Positions 22,330-35,573 of a stretch of DNA of 64,000 nt are shown here, one piece after another. The notes under the pieces were generated by a model. That model ran no database searches and was not told where the DNA came from. It saw only the letters and a list, made by a program, of their open reading frames with translations. Both the position numbers and the translations under genes were made by a program. The stretch comes from Ramazzottius varieornatus (taxonomy: Eukaryota > Animalia > Tardigrada), in assembly GCA_001949185.1 (NCBI GenBank), contig BDGG01000001.1:6844325-6908324 (forward strand). Direction: 5' to 3'. Positions within the stretch are counted from its first letter, which is position 1. The number at the start of each line of letters is the position of its first letter.

Positions 22330-24608
22330 CGAGGGGATTTTTCCAATCCGCCGCCTCTGATCCTCAAACCGACATCACAGGTGGATAGAGAAGAGTTTTC
22401 TCTATAGTCTGAACCGGAAACCTGGTCATCTTTCCGTTCCTGGAATAAACTGCAGGAACCGGAAGTTACGTCAAAATTAGGGCGGTACTGTACATTGACC
22501 GAGGCACAATCAATAAGTTTGATTTACTCATAGTTGATTGGCCAAAATTGATTGTTCCTTCCATCATATGAGCTTGTCGCTGTAGCATGACGCATCTTTT
22601 GTTGATTCTCTCCTCCATAATCTTCCCACAACACTGCGATGTACTCCATCAATCCCTTGAACGTGCTAAAGCTCCTGGAAGAGGAACACAAACTCCGGTA
22701 TCAACCGGACGATGCGCCAAGTGAAGCGGACAAGCAGCTGAAAGACATTATCAAAGGTAGGTATTTTTCCGAAGGTTCAGTGCAGAAGTAAGAGGTTTTG
22801 TTTCACCGGATTGTTGGAAGATTCTAGATCTTATTGACATCAAAATTGCTCGAAGCGACAGTCCTGTGCTGGAGGTTGAAGAGGACTTGCAGGGGGACTT
22901 ACAGCTCGACGGGCTAACGTTCGACGACTTTGAAAAGACGGCGGGTGATGCTAACCTGTTGAACGGTAGCGCTGAACGTTATTTCTTCGAAGATGATCGC
23001 TTGAACGAGCCCGTTACAAGTGACACTGAACCTTCGTCCCACGAAATATTTGTTCCGCGACTCCCAGATCCGAGAGTTCCGTCAAGCCAAGCTGTCGATC
23101 TCGACTACAAGAAACGTGCTGTTGATTACTGGTGTAACGCTACAGCAAAGAAACGGCGGAGCTTGTCTTCAGTCCGAAACCATTTCACAAAAGTTCGGGA
23201 CGAACGACAGCTAAGAGACTGGAAGAAACAGCTAGCTGAAGGCGGATCCCGATTCGACAAATTGAAAGTCATTCGCTTGGAGACAGCAAAGCAGTACTTC
23301 ATGGCCAAGCAGAAGACACAAGTAGTCAAGGATATGGATCTTCAACGATGGGCGATAGCCGCGAATAATGATGTGGATCTGCCTGGTTTCACCGCTTCGC
23401 CGTACTGGGTGTCAAAATTCAAACGGTAATTGATATCGTGCAAGAATTTACTTATCGATTTAACGAAGGCAGATCTTCTGTATTTGAACGTCGGCAAACG
23501 ATTTCACCTGAATCGTCAGTTCAAGTAGCGCACGTTACCGTACTCAATAAGTGACAGCGGCGCCGCTTGAAAAAAAACGACCTTTTCCAATTTGCTGGCA
23601 GTGTTCCGATGACATAAGGCGTGAAACACGTCGAGGCTATAACCCAGTCCGACAATTCCATGACTCATTCCTATACTGTCATGATAACAATCTCTCCCGG
23701 CATACGAAAGGTTTATCCTATTTTGTTCATCACCCTGAAAGAAGAAAAAGGAGTCTCTGGCCCAATCGTGTCTAAAACAATGTTCAAAGCTGATGTACAT
23801 CACTGTGTCGACATCGGGAAAAATGACGAAGAAGCTCTACCTGGAATGGTCCGAAAAAGTGTTGTTTCCGCATATGGAAGACCGCTGTATCCTTCTGGCT
23901 GACTCCTGGAAGACGTTCACCGATCAGGACGCTGTTATCGAACTCAAGCCCGAAGAGCTGCAGTACGAGATGATCACCATACCTCCCAAAGTGACTGGTA
24001 GTATCCACCCGTTGGATGTTCTTTGCTTCCGGATGTACAAGGGATGTTTCAAAAAGATCTCAAATTTCGTGTTTGTTAATGATATTCCTGTACATGTCCA
24101 TCATAGGGACGTAATCCTAAAACTTCATTCCTTACTGTATCAGCAGTTTCAGTCACCCAGATTCGAGAACCTAATTGTAAGTGCCTGGTTCAAGTTGGGA
24201 TATACGGATGAACGGGTACAGTATGTGAACCCCGCAAGCTTCATGTTCAAGAAGCTGAATGGCCGCTGCATTCATAATAACTGTAAGAATGCTGTCCTTC
24301 TGGTCTGTGGGTGGTGCAAAGGTCGCCTCTGTTTTCACCATTTCTATGATGTTCATCATTTCTGTACCATCTACCTGCCTTAATGTTTTTTTGAATTTTC
24401 CACTAGATATCTTTACGAGGACGGAAGTAACAGGTTAACTTGTAGCGCCACCTGTGTTGGAATTTTGACGTAACTTCCGGTTCCTGCAGTTTATTCCAGG
24501 AACGGAAAGATGACCAGGTTTCCGGTTCAGACCATAGAGAAAACTCTTCTCTATCCACCTGTGATGTCGGTTTGAGGATCAGAGGCGGCGGATTGGAAAA
24601 ACCCCTCG
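22330..24608 (+). mobile_element. Tc4/Tc5-type DNA transposon, 2279 bp, ~149-bp TIRs, TCA duplication in a CTCAG site
   Basis: TIRs 22330-22478 and 24461-24608 differ by about 2 nt; tca at 22327-22329 and 24609-24611; removing the element plus one TCA restores KS codons H-T-E-H-A. Confidence 0.92.
22639..24383 (+). pseudogene. Tc5-like DDE transposase (intron-containing, frameshifted or garbled around 23480-23790)
   Basis: HTH-like DMDLQRWA..FTASPYWVSKFKR; THSYT; ILLADSW; IPPKVTGSIHPLDV; C-terminal CGWCKGRLCFHHFYDVHHFC. Confidence 0.85.
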
Positions 24609-25971
24609 TCAGTATGGCCCATGTTGGACTTGACCGCTCCGCTGAGCAACGGTTTCGTACGACTGTTGGCGAAAGCCAAGGCAATCCCATTGGACTCTTG
24701 TGGGTCTCCGATTCGTGTTCCTGTTCCGTGTGCTTCGACATATTCCACCTCCTCTGGATCGATAACAGCTTCCGCGTAAACCTCGCGGATCAGCTGACCC
24801 TGGCTCTCCGATTACGGATACGTCACACCTAGAAAATACGGCGGTCGGCAGTTGACTGGACAAGATTAATTTCCCAAGTGGCGTACGTTTTCAGTGTAAT
24901 TGGCTAAGAGCGTGCGCCACTCGAAGAATCGATCTCGACGAAGTTGTTTATTTGCTTATCTCCCGTATTAAATTTGACTGATTAGAAAAGTTGCACTTTG
25001 CACAGATGGTTTAAACAAACGACAGTTTGGACAAAACGACTGCATTTAGAGAAGTTTAAACATTCAAGATTTGTAATTCGCCTCGCGATTCACGAAACGA
25101 AGGGGAGCTTCGTTCGTGAATCACAAAGAAAATCACCCGTAGGTTTCAAACATGAACGAATTGCCGTCAGTAATGCCCTGGCTGGCCGGAAGCACTGGGA
25201 AGCGTAATCGGTGCCCGGGCAACACAGGGCCTCCACTCCAGACAATGCATCAATCAGATCTGCATTTGAGCCGGCTCTTTTCTAACTTGGTGGGCTAATT
25301 ACTGCCGAACAAACCACCATGACCAGCAGCGGTCGTTTGTCCCATCGTTTTTCCCAAACTCGCCCGCGTTGTGCAACTTCTCAAAGCTTCTAGCGAATGC
25401 TTTTATAAACTTCGATTTTCAAAATTAATTAGTTCTCGTTTGTTCAAACCATCTGCGCAAAGTGCAACTTCTCTGTTGTTGGTAATAGCGCCCGAAGGTG
25501 AATATGCAGCTCTTACCTTGCTCCTTGTAGCCATCGTTGTTGGTCTTACTGTGGACCAATGTGGCGCAGATTCGTCTGGCATCTTTGCGTTTCTGTAGCA
25601 AGAAACACATGATGGCTTCGAACCGTACGTATCCATCTGCCGCTTCGTCGAAGACCTTGCACTTGGAGTCTTTGCAAAGTAGACCGAGCTTGGATATTTG
25701 GTAAGCAATCTTCGGCCGGTACACGAGGCTGACACCTCTCACCAAGGCAGCCGTACACTGTCCGTTCTTGATGTGGTTGTAGCCCTGGTAAACAGCCATG
25801 CCACTGGTGCAACATGCGGCGTCGATCCCGAAGGTGGGTCCTCGTAGATCAAAGGTGAAGGACAGACGATTAGCGAGAAAGGCTCGATGAGTGCCAATGA
25901 GGGAGTATCCGTCCACCTCTACGAATATTCGAATATCTTAAGACCACTCGCCATTTATGGTCCGACCGGTA

Positions 25972-26891
25972 CACGTACGATGGGAAATCACTGGACAGTA
26001 AAAATTATGGGACAGGCGGCAAGGACGGCAAAATGGATATTAGACCGTAAAAAAGTGTCGAAAAGTGTTTCACTATGAATCGGTCGCGTACGTAAACCCC
26101 GTTCACGCCACATCGCTACCTATAGAACTGCTGCGTTCGGGACTGGATCATCACTGAACTTCGGAACTAATTTTCCTTGGTTTAGTATCCTGGATATCTT
26201 CTAAATATTATCGGGCAGATATCTGTTTACGAAGAAGTCAGGATCGACATCAAACAAGGGGAGGTGCAAAGCGAAATTTGCACCAACTTTTGCTGTTTTC
26301 AGGTCCGTTGTCAAAAATTGTTTTCTCAGTAACGAACTGTGTTCATGCGATTTTCTTCATGAAAATAATTAGAACACGGCCCGGGCCGCATGAAAACTGG
26401 TTTGAAACAAGAATCTGCCACTCGGAGCCAGAGCTAGGATTTTCGCCACAAAACGGTTTTCCCGGCAAAATGAGCAACTTCGACCGTTTTAATTCATTTG
26501 CCGAGCTAGTTTGGTATTTCTGTGGTTTTTTGTGACTTTTTCAGACAACCCAGATAGTTTCAGGCCTACCCACGTCACATCAGGGATCGTATCTCAAAGG
26601 GGGATTTCTATAGTCCGCATTTCACCCCTGAACGACACGTCTTCCCACCGGAGGTCACACCAGTCGAATATCTGGAGCCGCTTTCCATCGTAACAAAACA
26701 ACTTATGGCTCAGTCGAAAGGCCTTGAAAAGTTGTATGAGCAGTGCGAAGCAGCAAACGAAACGGAGCAATCTGAATTTTTTCACGTCGAAATGCTAGGT
26801 GGAAGCGATGTGGCGTGAACGGGGTTGGGGTGTACGTGCTTCTTTACCGCCGTATCGAAAAGGCCTGTCCCATAATTACCCATCGTGCGTG
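25972..26891. mobile_element. Family A MITE copy 3, interrupted by a family B element
   Basis: Family A left half 25972-26094 and right half about 26831-26891 bracket the insert. Confidence 0.75.
26095..26826. mobile_element. Family B element copy 2
   Basis: TIRs aaccccgttcacgccacatcgct / agcgatgtggcgtgaacggggtt; colinear with 833-1568. Confidence 0.8.
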
Positions 26892-28296
26892 TACCGTAAG
26901 ACCGTTAACGTGAGACGGTGTAATAGCAGTATCAAAAGATATGGATAAAGAAGATATACCGTCAATGTCGAGAGAGGTCCAGGCTTCTCGCGCGTCGGAG
27001 TTCATCGTTCCCATAGATACTCCAGTGTTGGTATTTTTTATTTCCGCCGGGTTCATTCCCGCATCGATGAGTGACTCGTATGCAACTTCGTGAAGGATGC
27101 GGAGATGGGGATCCATCCCTTCAGCTTGCTTGGGGTGTACTCCGAAGAATGTTGCGTCGAATTTCTTGATGTTCTTTATAAAGCCGTGGGCTTTCGGTAC
27201 TCCAAAATAATCTACCACAAGACAAAAACTTGGACACTGATGTATCGATCGACCGTGCAGTCGATGTGTCGATCGAGTTCTGACCTTCATCACATCTCTC
27301 GGGGTTCTCGTGGACCATGTTGATTCCGTCCATCAGATTGTTCTTGAATTCTTCGACGTTCTCCGACATGGCACACCTAATGAATATCCCTGTGATGACG
27401 ACGTCGTCAGGATTCTCCATCGTTGTGAAACCAAGCGAAAGTGCAACCGGCGTCCGATCAACTTGGACGTGGACTCGAGTATTGGCAGGAAAAGCTAACA
27501 AGAGAGGGAGAGGAGAAAACAACGTGGTACACTCGAATAAGAACGACTAATAGTAATGCCGGTGTCGGGCCCGAATTTAAGAAATGAGGTGCCCAAGTAC
27601 ACTTCGCTGTTTGGTAAACAGACCGAAGGCTATTGCGACCTGCCAAATATCAATATCTTGCTACGAAAGAATGTATCAGTTTTCAGGAAACGATACTTGA
27701 TAAATGGTACTTTGAGCAATGGCGTGACTTTCTGATGTGCCAGCGTCAGGCATCCAGACATGGCTGCCGGCGGACTTTTCAAAAAAATGCGCCCCAGACT
27801 TGGCAGAGCGTGCTGGAAGCCTGAAAGTCAGCTGACAACTTGTTCGAGGGTGTCGGGAATGTTACCCCTCGTCTGAAACCGCGTGATTGAAGGATCTAGA
27901 AAAAGGCAGGTCTTCCACGCGGTAACACAAACCGGCGTCAATGTGGCACGCCAATTTCATTCACCTTAATCGAGGGAACGCTCCTTTGCCACCACAGTTC
28001 GCACGATGGCGGGCCAGCAGGAAGACAACGGATATGCAGGGTTGGTCAACGTACACGCATTTAGGAACGAATCTTTCATTATACTACATAGATAATATCA
28101 TGCAGCGTAGGGTATCACATTCATTTGTGAAGGTGTGCAGAAGTAAAATCTAAAGGAATACTGATTCGGCAAACAACTAATAATTCGACTAGACCTCGTG
28201 TCTCCAAGTTGAAGCAACAAAACGTGTCAATAAGGTTTCTAGGGTAAACAAGAGCCGTAAAAGTGCAAGGACGGTTAGTGTTTATAGTGAGAGACT

Positions 28297-31200
28297 TCAT
28301 GGCCAAGCTACATATCCCGTCGCCAGAGGCTGCGTAACAGGCGCCTTTGAGATCCTGTTTGAGCTGGACAACTGCGTGGTTGTCACTTCCTTTGGCAACA
28401 AGGGCGACTGAACGCCTTCCCCTTCCCCGTCAGCCGGTCTTTCGGTGGCACGTTGAGCCTTCTCCCACATCTTCTGCGGCCTTCCATCGCTTCCATGATC
28501 AGGAGAGTTGCTTATCTCTGAAAAGCCGGATGAGCCGGAAGTCGTACCGCCTAATACGCTATGTTGCGCAGCAGACGAGTCGTAGTTCGACGCTGGCTGA
28601 GAAACATACCCTGTATCACCTATAGAAACACAGGAAAGTTAACACTTGCTCCCGATACTCTGCGATAGAGTATCAACTCGAAAATTTAGAGTTCGGCTAA
28701 CACCCGACGAGATTGTTTTGCAAGTGGCGCACGCTTTCAGCAGCACTTGCTGAAAGCGTGCGCCACTTGGGAAAAATGCCCTTGTCGAATGTGTTGACTT
28801 TACTGGCGCACGTTTCCATCTTTTTTGAGTGAGAGCGTGCGCCACTGAAAAAGCGATCTTGTCGACTTCGTTCGCCTAGGTCCCCATTTGTTCCGGCCAG
28901 TCTAGATACCTGTCTGTTCTCGGCTGGACGCAGTGGATTGGTTAGGTTGTGAAAAACTTTCGGCAGCGACGTATCCGGAGCTAGGCGGAGCATCGGATTC
29001 CACACCCGAAGAGCCCAGAGAGTTCAGCCCCGTCAGTTCCGTGCCCACCGAGCCACTTCTGGGCAGGACCAAGTTGATAACTTCCGATGAACCCAGAGGG
29101 CGTCTCCTAGCGGCCAAAGACTGGCGACTGACCGCTAAGTGGGCCACACCCGGTACACTTCCGCGCCGTTTGGCCGACAAGGCGCTCTCCAGATCCAGCA
29201 TGGACTGGGACAAGCGAGCCACCAACGGGTTACTCCCTGTGTTTCGTCCTGTCTTTAGTGACTGACCATGTTCAGGGAACATCTTGTCAGGCGTGAAGGA
29301 GATGAAAGAGGTAACCTATCGATAAGAAGAGAATGAATCATCGACTAAGTTGGTAAACCTCCTGTCCGATTACGGATGACTAGCATTACAGTCCTGTACC
29401 TTGCCCACATCTTCAGGAGCCAGGCTTCCGATGCCTTCGCTTTGCTGACGCAGGTAACGACCGGTGTCGTCGCCTTCGACCATGGTGTAGTGAGTGCCCG
29501 TGTAGTTTCCAGGAAAAGCCGGTTTTGTCGGAAGAACGATGTTCCTGCTTGCTTTCTCGATGTCTTTGAACGTCCTCCGCATTCTGGAAAGATACAACCG
29601 TAACCACTCCAGACGTTATGCAATCGACAGCAAAAGTATAGAGTCGTACCGCTTGAAGGCTCTCCACAAAACAAAGAAGATGACGACCAATGCCAGGGCC
29701 GCAACAACCGAGCCGACCACGATGCGAACGATAGGAAGTGGTGTCGGTGGGGGAGCGGTCATTATGCACTGGTAAATCGAATAGCCGCTATTTGCCTCAC
29801 TAGCACTAGTGGTGATGCTCACGGAGAAGCAGTAGCGGGTGCCAGGCTGCAGAGTCGGCAGGACCGTGGATCGTAGACACGGCGGACCGGTGCCGGAGAT
29901 GTTGAACGGAACGTCCAAAACTTCATTTTGCACTGAAAGTACCAATTACGAGAGAAGTTCAATATATAATACTGCTGATTGTAGTTGGAAAGAAACTTAC
30001 AGCAAGCTGACTGATTTTCAGAAGGACAAGGCGAGTAGTTGATGCGGAAGCCATCAGCCTGCATGAACCGATGACAAGGCACCACCCAGTTGACTTCCAC
30101 TGATGTATTCGCCAGTTGATCCACCGTCAAATCGTCCAAGCCGTATTTCGCTGTGAAGAGAAACTTCCTAAGAGCCAATGTAACAGTTTTGAGAGTTCGA
30201 ATGCTGACTCACAGTCTTGTTCTCTGCACAGGTATCGGACCCAGTTCATGCCGCTATAGTCGATACTGCCGTCAGGCTTCTTCCGGTTGGCAGAGACAGC
30301 AAAGCGGTAGTGCTGGTGCTTGTCGTCCAGCTTGAGAAGGTAACTGCGGACGTTGGGGTCTCCAATGGTGACCACGCTCATCTCCGAGGTGCACTTGCCC
30401 ATGTGCGGATCCAAGGAGGTCGGACAGTAAAAGATTTGAAATTCATCGGCTGGCTCGTTCGTTTCCCAGTACACTTCGTAAGTTGAATCCTTCAGGATCT
30501 CCATGTTTGTGTGTGTAATTTTCACTGGGATGAAAAACGGAAAAATGAACAAAAAATCGGCACCGGAAGTCAAAGGAACAAGCGGACTAATTAAAAAACA
30601 GTAATTAGCATAAAACACTGGTCCTTCACGTACAGGGGGCGCTGCTGACAGGCGGGATAGTTGCGACCTCCGAGTAGTCTGACACATCCTGTCTCGACAT
30701 GTTATTTACTGGAATGATCTTGATCCTTATGGTCTCGTTGTACGGTGCATAAACTCGAAAGTTGCTGTAATCAGTCTTGGCCGTCCACTTCACTTCACCA
30801 TGATCGCCCAGCCCGTGAATCCTGTACAGGAAGTACGGACCATTCTGAAGCTCCTTCGGAACACCCTAAAAACAGAAACCAAAAAATCGTGGCTAATTAT
30901 CCCTTCTCGACAGAGAGTGGATTCTCAAATTTACCTTCCAGTAAACGTCAACTTCCCGCTTCATTCCCCCGCTCCTCTCTTCATAGGCTCCCGGGACGAC
31001 ACCTGGCTTCCCTGAAGGAACTGCAGTCGGTGTCAAGCACGTCGTATAGGTGTAGTTTCCCCAGTAGCCATTGTCAGCTCCAGTAGGGAACGCGCGTACT
31101 CGGAATGTGTAGTTACTGTAGGCGACGAGGTTCGGCACATCGTACCAGAATGTTCCACCCTTGTACATGTGGGCGTTGTCCAACGGACTCTGGCCTTTCA

Positions 31201-32965
31201 TGTTCTCGTACGCGTTCAGGTCCTGGGTCCACATAGCTTCTAACTCCGAGTCGTTCTTCCGGTAGTCAATCTCGAAGTCGAAGCCTTTGTGGTCACTTGT
31301 GACCCCCATGGACATCGTCCACTCCAGGTGACAGGTATTCGCATCGAGGGCCGACGCGATCAAGCTGGACGGCGCACCAGGGTTCGCTGCAAGAAGGACA
31401 GCCATTCAACATGAAAGTTAATGAATGCTCGGCAAACAAATTTAACAAGATCCTTTTGCGAGGTCGTTTTTCCAGCCTGTAACACCGAAAGTGTGTACCA
31501 CATGGGAAAGCAAATTAGTTGAGTTGCGTAAGTGGCGCAAGTATCCAGCATATACCATAAACAACGTGCGCCACGTTGAAAACCAAACTTGTCGTGCGGG
31601 TTTGCTGAGCTCTCAGATGATCCCGTCATCATCACTTACTGAATTTCTTGGGATCAACGGTTTCAGTCCAGCTGTCACTATACAGGTCGTTCGAAGCTGT
31701 GATGGTAATAGTGTGAACGTATTGCGACATATACGGCGGAGCAACTGTCCCATTGTTCTTCTTCGCCTCGGCTTCACGCGCTTCTTTGGTTCTAAATCGA
31801 ATAGAGCATCCGAATACTTCTCGGTTCTGTCCATTTCTGCGACCCGGAGGATGAGGCTCAGGACAAAGCTTCGCGTCCGCCACAGTTTGGTAACTGAGGC
31901 AAAGAAACATCAGAATTAGAGTGAATGCATAAATAAATTTTGAACTCAAAAGTGATTATTAAAGTCTTACGGGAGATGGTATTTCATGGTATAGTTGACT
32001 TGGGCCGAATTCGGGGCCGGAACGTCAGGTCGTTTCCACGAGCAGATCAAATCTTCCATCAAATTAGAGACGCACGTGAAATTGACGTATTTCTTTGGCG
32101 GCTCTGTAATTGGATGGAGGAAACAACAGGTCGTTATTTAATGAGGATCCAGAAAGAGGAAACGCGATACACTGATAAGACTTATTAGTACCTGCAATGC
32201 GGGCTGTGACCGAGCAGATAAACTGCTTGGTGGCATTCATGGGAACCATGCAGCGGTAACTCCCGCTGTCGCCCACGCCGGCATTCTCCACCTTTATTCC
32301 GCTAGTTTGCCCATCAACCGGAGTGATCAAAATGCGAGGATTGTCGGTGGCTATATCCATCGTGTTTTTCTGCCAGCTAATGTGGGCCGCTGACAGAGAT
32401 CGCTCCCGGGCGAATGTGGCATCCAGCGAACATCGAAGCTCAAAGGTGGATCCCACTGCGATGGACCTGTCGAAATGGTTCGGCGCGATGGCTGGAAAAA
32501 CATGAAAAATGCATGAGTGAGTGTATCGTTTCGACGGACCATTAGAACGACATCATGTCGATCGAAGTAAGCCTCGTTAAGAGTTAACACGATCGTAAAC
32601 CGAATCGTACAATATTTCAGTCAAGTCGCGCATACGCCAATGGTATATCAATACCACACCGCGTCAGTCCCATAAACTGCGCTGCCTCAAAACTGCCGCG
32701 CATGGTATAACACTATTCTTCATACGTCAATGAACGACTGTGCGTGTCATGGCATACGCAACGTGACGTCAGACGCGGACAAGCCTAGATCACTGACTGG
32801 TTGGAATGTGGAAGATTTGAGGATCAAAAAGGGAAAACGGGAATACTTACAGCCAACGTTCATTTTGGCAAACTTGTAACATGTCTCCTCAGGGTCGGAA
32901 GCCAGGGAACATGCTGATAGAAACGTGAGGAACAGAAGAAACTCCAACCACAACAGTGCCTCCAT
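28297..32965 (-). CDS. Domeless/gp130-like type I cytokine receptor (Ig, FnIII repeats, TM, cytoplasmic tail)
   Basis: Signal MEALLWLEFLLFLTFLSACSLA; Ig (DSGSYRC); FnIII with FRVRA..GYWGNYT (WSXWS-like) and PTAVPSGKP; LQPGTRYCFSV; TM IVVGSVVAALALVVIFFVLW; box1-like IVLPTKP; YLRQ and YVSQ (YxxQ); ends GYVAWP*. Confidence 0.8.
28692..28880. repeat. Family C palindromic repeat, dimeric copy (intronic)
   Basis: caagtggcgcacgctttcagc..gctgaaagcgtgcgccacttg followed by a second tggcgcac..gtgcgccac unit. Confidence 0.85.
31427..31612. repeat. Family C palindromic repeat, dimeric copy (intronic)
   Basis: gctcggcaaac .. aagtggcgca .. gtgcgccac .. gtttgctgagc. Confidence 0.8.
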
Positions 32966-34461
32966 TGCTTGATTTATGCAAACGACGGCAAAACATGCAC
33001 TCCAAACTACTTGTAGAACATGGGCTTCTTCATTCATCTGTCCACGTCTTCTAGGTTCACTCCTTGACTACATTAATCAATTATCCTGCAGAATATCCCA
33101 TCCGAAGGTCGACCGGAAATGGTCGGGCTCCGCTTCTGTTGATAAACAATCCGTCAAACATCAGTCGCTTTTATGGATTAATCCAGGATTATGATACGAT
33201 CCGCAGAAACTGGACTGCTTCACGATCATCGGGACTTCTTAAGAGCACATCCCGTTGAGGTGGACAATTTTACAAGCCGTCTGCCGTTCCAACGGTTAAT
33301 TGTGACATTGGTTTCAGGGGAGATTACAGCAGAAATCGATAATGGCGATGGCACCATGGATTCATGGGAGAGTAAAAAGCCTTCCCATATGGAGCAAAGG
33401 GAACGGCCGGAAAAGTGGTTCGATTCCAGTCAACAGAGAAAACCACTCCTCCTGTAATAAGAAGCTAGGTAGGTTTTGGTCCTATTCGATGTCAAACATG
33501 GAAAAGTCCGAAATGCGGTCAGTTTTTCTCGGTGAAAGTTACGTCATGCAGATGTTCAAGATTGTGCTTGCAGGCTGCAGGACAGTGTGTTCCCAGAAAT
33601 CAAACGCATGACGCAGGTGAGTGTTCTCCAGTCCCAGAGAGCAGGAATAGGAAACAAGAAGCAACAACGGAGAGCCCGTCTGTTTCATTCCGCTTTCCGA
33701 CTTTCGGAAGTTTTAAATTTCCTCATTAATTTCCGCAACGTAAGAAAGGAAAAGACGTTAGAGACCTATCGCTTTGCCATAAATTCAGCATCGCTTGTGC
33801 GTTTTGCTTTCTGAAGTGTGCCGAATTCATAAGCACACCAGGCACCAAACTGCAAAGTGGGGAACCTTTCGACTTTCGTAACTTGAGCCGGTTGACTGGT
33901 CCTGATTGTTGAGCCTTCGGCTGTTGTGGTTGGAGTTTCTTCTGTTCCATTCCACCTTCGGCTGCTGCAAAAAAATATGTTTCCGCTTTCCAAACTAACT
34001 TAGATTTCGAATTTGCCTGCGGAGCAGCAAGCTGCTAGAGGAAGAACAACTCTACGACAGTACGACGGAAGTCTGCACCATCTTCGGCGACAAGACTCAC
34101 GAGAGAATATGCCAGCGTATGACGTCAATTGTCGGTAACCGGTACTTCGGTCTGTACGTACAGTGCAGTAGCTCTTCCAAGCCATCAATCAAGCACGTGC
34201 AATGACGTCATTCCGGTCGACGTCTCTTAGAAATCTCTCTTTTCAATCAACTTGCTTGATTGAGTGTCGTCGTGGCCACTTGACCTTGCACGTAACACGG
34301 CAGCGGAAATACCTTCTTTCGATTTGCACTTGACTTCCGTTGCCACTTCTGGAGTACCGTCGGCTTCTGTTTTATTGAAACTGCAAGGTAAGTGTGACAA
34401 TCTCCTGGCTGAACCAGAACGCTGTCACGCTGATCGGATTTGTGCAGGTTGGCCCTAGAGA

Positions 34462-35330
34462 ATGTCGTCGTTGTGGCTGGTTTTGTGCGCTGCGCTCCTG
34501 CTGCTTGCCTCCGTGTTTGCTCAAGATGAAGAGCTCGGTGTGGAAGTCCTGGCCAAGCAAGAGAACTGTGACCGAGAAGCCAAGGAGGGAGACATGCTAA
34601 TGATGCATTATACGGGATACTTGGCCAAAGACAATACGAAATTCGATTCAAGGTGAATAGGATCGTTTGGTTTTCATCTGTTGCGCATGATATATATATC
34701 GCATTATGATCTTGGTTGTATTACATCTCGTGCCCGAAGAATGTGTCGTGACGTCATGGGTTGGTGTCACAGATTGTTTCACGGTTACTTTCATCCTTGT
34801 CCGCTCATTCCAGTCATGATCGTCAACAGCCTTTCACATTCGTCTTGGGTAAGGGACAAGTTATCAAAGGCTGGGATCAAGGCCTGATGGGTATGTGCAA
34901 AGGAGAGAAGAGGAAGCTGACGGTTCCACCGCATCTGGGCTACGGTGACCGGGGAGCTGGTGCCGTCATTCCAGGTGGAGCCACGCTCATCTTTGATACC
35001 GAGCTCGTGGATATCCAAGACGCCCCGCCGCAACAGAACATCTTCAAGCAGATCGACACTGACGAAGACAAGATTGTAAGCAAGGTCGAACTCTACAAGT
35101 TCATCGAAGGCCAGATTGCTCAAGCCAGGGAAGCTGGTCAGACCGCACCGGATATCAACACTGACAAGATCGTCGCGGAAATCCTGGAACATGAAGACGC
35201 TGACAAGGTAAAGTCCTGCTTAATCCTTCATCCCAGCTTCAGAGTCTCAGTTGGCTCATCGGGATATTTTCTTTAGGATGGTTTCATCTCCTTCGAAGAG
35301 TTCCGAGGACCAAAGCATGACGAACTCTAA
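34462..35330 (+). CDS. FKBP14: ER FKBP-type peptidyl-prolyl isomerase with EF-hands (FKBP7/14-like)
   Basis: Signal peptide, [39 protein letters not shown]-hands DTDEDKIVS and [14 protein letters not shown]-terminal HDEL. Confidence 0.93.
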
Positions 35331-35573
35331 CTTTGCTCAAATATATTCCATGGTTTTCGTTTGTCATCTTCTTTCCTTTTATACTATCATGTGTGTCATT
35401 TCCCGAGATCTTCCAAAGCTTTCTGTTTTTATTTGTGTCTTGGTTTCTTGTGAAGAGTGCCTTACTGGAAGTTGTGGTCGATTTTATACGGATGTTCGTC
35501 GTCTAATAAAGCTTTATACTCATGAGTTTCTCCCATTACTCCAACCAAGGGAACCGAGGAAGAACCACGAAAG

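Larger units (their letters stand above)
18176..27420 (-). pseudogene. Unprocessed FAS-like (type I PKS/FAS) pseudogene: KS-AT-DH-ACP-TE
   Basis: FDATFFGVHPKQAEGMDP, ANRLSFTFDLRGP..DAACC, YVEAHGTGT, KSNMGHTEHASG, NCFGFGGQNAH, AT GYGTGE and YHSPYM, VQWDHS, ACP GIDSLMAMEL, TE FFVHPTEG and GNH; introns retained; premature stops at 24812-24814 and 21342, frameshifts and a transposon insertion. Confidence 0.85.

Noticed and set aside
18176-27420. Horizontally acquired bacterial or fungal PKS cluster
   Set aside because: Motifs are of animal FAS type, the gene has spliceosomal introns, and no tailoring genes are adjacent
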